Assembly: GCA_030704615.1 (NCBI GenBank)
Contig: CM060731.1
Span: 79,732,001 to 79,796,000 of the forward strand
DNA: 64,000 nt
DNA from: Takakia lepidozioides
Taxonomy: Eukaryota > Plantae > Bryophyta
Direction: 5' to 3'
Shown here: positions 61,402-64,000 of the stretch, in pieces
How positions within the stretch are numbered: position 1 is the first letter of the stretch
Layout: each line of letters starts with the position of its first letter
The notes under the pieces: model-generated
Database searches by the model: none
Told to the model about the DNA's origin: nothing
The model's input: only the letters and a program-made list of their open reading frames with translations
Position numbers and translations under genes: made by a program

Positions 61402-63830
61402 CGGCATCACATCCTGGTATTTCTCCAGGATCCCCTTGATCCAATCTGGGCTCGGCTCCCTATCGACTTCTCCTTCCACTTGTCTCACGTAAAGCAAAAA
61501 CTGGGGCTCGTGTGGCTCCTCCACGGTCCACTCCTTTGCTGTCAGCAGATTTATTTGCCCTCCCACTCGGTTGGGCATTTCCGACACCTGTAAAACTTTG
61601 CCACCATTCCCACACGGTAGCGTGACTACTCTCTTGCGGCCATCTATGACCGCTCCGGATTTGCTAAAAAACCCTCGTCACTAGTTGTGGTTCTCTTTTG
61701 GCAGAACGCACTTCAATAGAAACCCCCACATCACTTGTCGGGAGGCCCAGCTTCTGTGATGTTGCCGGTGTTATAAAGGAGTGCGACGCTCCTGTGTCCA
61801 CCAACAACAACACGTTAGTTCCGGAAATTACCCCGCACACGAACTTTAGCTGACTTCCTTTACGCAAAGCTCCCGTCTCCTGGTATAACTCACAAGAATA
61901 GTTGCCTACCTTGCCAGTCTTGGCGACCACCGCCTCCATCAAGCGGTTGATGGATACTTTGGATAGCTCCGTGGTCGCCCGAGTCATGTTCAATTATCGG
62001 GGTTTCACGCACTTCTTGGCCATGTGCCCTGGCTCCCCGCAATTAAAGTACACCCCATCGAAGGTTGTCTTCTATCCGCCATAAGCCGCCGCACTTGATT
62101 TTTCTTTCGGAACACCTAGTGCCGCCTCGACGTGCAAAGGCCCTTCCTTCGATTTCCATGTGCCATTGTCGCCGCGTGGCCTATCCCACTTCTTTTCCGG
62201 TCGGAATGAGTCAGCCTCCCGCAGGATCTTCTTGTGGTTCAGCTTCGTATTGCCCTGTCGTTCGCCCCTAGGGACATCCGAGAAACATTCAGCCCTTTCA
62301 ATTGCCTCGTTCAAAGTCTTTGGTGGCCTCTCCTCCAACTTCCGTCTGGCCCATGGGGCCTGTCCCGCCACAAAGTTGAAGACCATTGTTGGCCCCGCCA
62401 TATCCGCGACTTCGAGCAACAACACATTGAAAGCCTGAACATATCCCCGAATGTCATCCGTTTGCTTCAAGTTCCTCATCTTGTCCCGGGCGAGCCAGGA
62501 CGCGTTGAGAGGCATAAACTGTCTTTTCATAAGTTCCTTGAACCCACTCCAGCTCAAGGTTTCTGGGTTTGGCCCTTGGTCTCTGCCACCATTGTTGAGC
62601 ATAGCCCCTCAAATAGGTGGGAGCCACTTCCACCCGATCCTCGTCTCTCAACTTGGCCACTCGGAAGTACTGCTCCAGCTCCAAGAACCAAGTGTTGAGT
62701 GCCTTTCCATTTTGGACGCCCTCAAAGGTGTCGGGTTCCTTAGGCTTCACCTTAAACTTCGCCTTTGTGGAAGTGGCATTAGGCGCCCTCATCACGTCTT
62801 TCAACGTCCCGCCAAAATGCGCCAACAACCCTTCTCAAAAGGCTACTGGCATGGGAGACATCTGTTGGTCTGGCGGAGCCTTTGGGAAGTCCTCGGGCTC
62901 CGACTCCCCGGATTCCTCCCGCTCTTGAGCGGCCTCGCTTTCAGAAGCATAAATCGCCTCTTCCATTTGCCGCTTTGGTGACACGTCGCCCCACCGGGCT
63001 CACTGAGATCATCGTCTTTCGGGCCGTTCCGCTTTCGCTTTGTCTTGCCCGATCCCATAGTGAGGCCGATCTCAAGGACGATCGCGTATTGAACTCTAAG
63101 CTCTGATACCAAGTGTCGTGCACCTCGCTTTGGTAAACTCCCCTTCAAGTCATAGTTACTCACTTTGATGCGCGTGCCTAACTCCCAAACTGGCCGCCGG
63201 GCCAATTCGGAGCTTCGGCTGCTCACCAGGGCATAACGGTCCCCCTCACACTCCCACTCGACCCTCGACCTCTTGGGCTCAGTGGAAATTCCCTTTGGTA
63301 GATGGTAGTCCGGAACAGCTCCCCACTCCTTGGTCGCTTTCCGGCTCGCACGCTTACTCACTAGTTTTTGGTCACCAACGGGCTTGCACCGTTCTCGGGG
63401 TTACTACTCCCTATATATACTTCTGTAGGTGTATCCACAAGTAGCCAAGTCCAAATCTGGTGCACCACCACTTAGACCCTCGACTATCCCTGTGATGAGC
63501 CACGGTGAGTCTTGGCCCATCTACCACGGCCCCAATGGACCGTGGTGAGTCCCAAGACTCCCCACGACTCCCACCACAAGGCCTCAGCCTCATGGTGAGT
63601 CCTATGCCACCCCCACTATGACTCCCTACGCTACCACCACCCCTCGTGGAGCCCCCACCACCGCAACCCGGTTTGCGGGGCTCCACCTAGTGAGTGCCTC
63701 CGCCTCCTTGAGTGGCCTTCGGCACTCAAGGGCGCTTTAGCCCCCTTTCCTATTTGCTGCCACTACCCCCACCACAGGGGCAGCCCCTCTTGTGTCCCGA
63801 CCCCCGCCCTCAAGGCAAAGGGCCGCGACA
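61402..63830 (-). mobile_element. Chromovirus Ty3/gypsy copy 2 (LTR, gag, PR), truncated at the RT start by the copy 1 LTR
   Basis: PBS TGGTATCAGAG 63101-63111; gag and LLVDTGASHSF nearly identical to copy 1; ends at KYQDVMP. Confidence 0.9.
63114..63830 (-). repeat. LTR of chromovirus copy 2
   Basis: TGTCGTG...CGCGACA; about 150 bp longer than the copy 1 LTR. Confidence 0.85.
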
Positions 63831-64000
63831 TCATACCTTGAGGAGGAGGTCGACTACCTCGACTGTACCCCTGTCCAATCTGCCAGTCAGCTCCCTAGCT
63901 CTAATGGGAAACGTTCTTTAAAATACTTCTACTGCAAGATGACCAATCATGTTGTTAAGGACTGTCGCAAGCGCATTGCTGCAGAAAAGCAAGCTGCTCA
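63831..64000 (+). mobile_element. Ty1/copia-like gag zinc-knuckle fragment
   Basis: LKYFYCKMTNHVVKDCRKRIAAEK (degenerate CCHC). Confidence 0.55.

Overview
Eukaryotic nuclear DNA from a land plant; the gene set and TE families look bryophyte/lycophyte-like, but the species cannot be determined from the sequence. Host genes: an ERI-1-like (At3g15140/ERL1-type) DEDDh exonuclease (+, 3187-6736), an intronless 302-aa orphan ORF (-, 7582-8490), a kinesin-12 (+, 9107-~18418), a DUF4057 protein (-, 22025-25894) and an RH57/ROK1/DDX52-type DEAD-box helicase (+, 45870-51541). The rest is mostly transposons: non-autonomous Helitrons, two non-autonomous hAT elements with 8-bp TSDs, Harbinger, LINE and MULE remnants, two decayed chromovirus Ty3/gypsy copies and a copia gag fragment. 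The standout is an 11-kb minus-strand Ty3/gypsy-type retroelement (30795-41862) nested in a hAT element. It combines four unusual traits: (i) a complete DNMT3-like cytosine methyltransferase domain between protease and RT, (ii) a PHD finger after integrase, (iii) a Tf1-like self-complementary primer site instead of a tRNA PBS, and (iv) a split-direct-repeat (X-internal-Y-X-Y) terminal architecture whose ends correspond to an internal palindrome GACAGCTGTC, with a 4-bp TSD. Exon coordinates and divergence counts were read by eye and may be off by a few bases.
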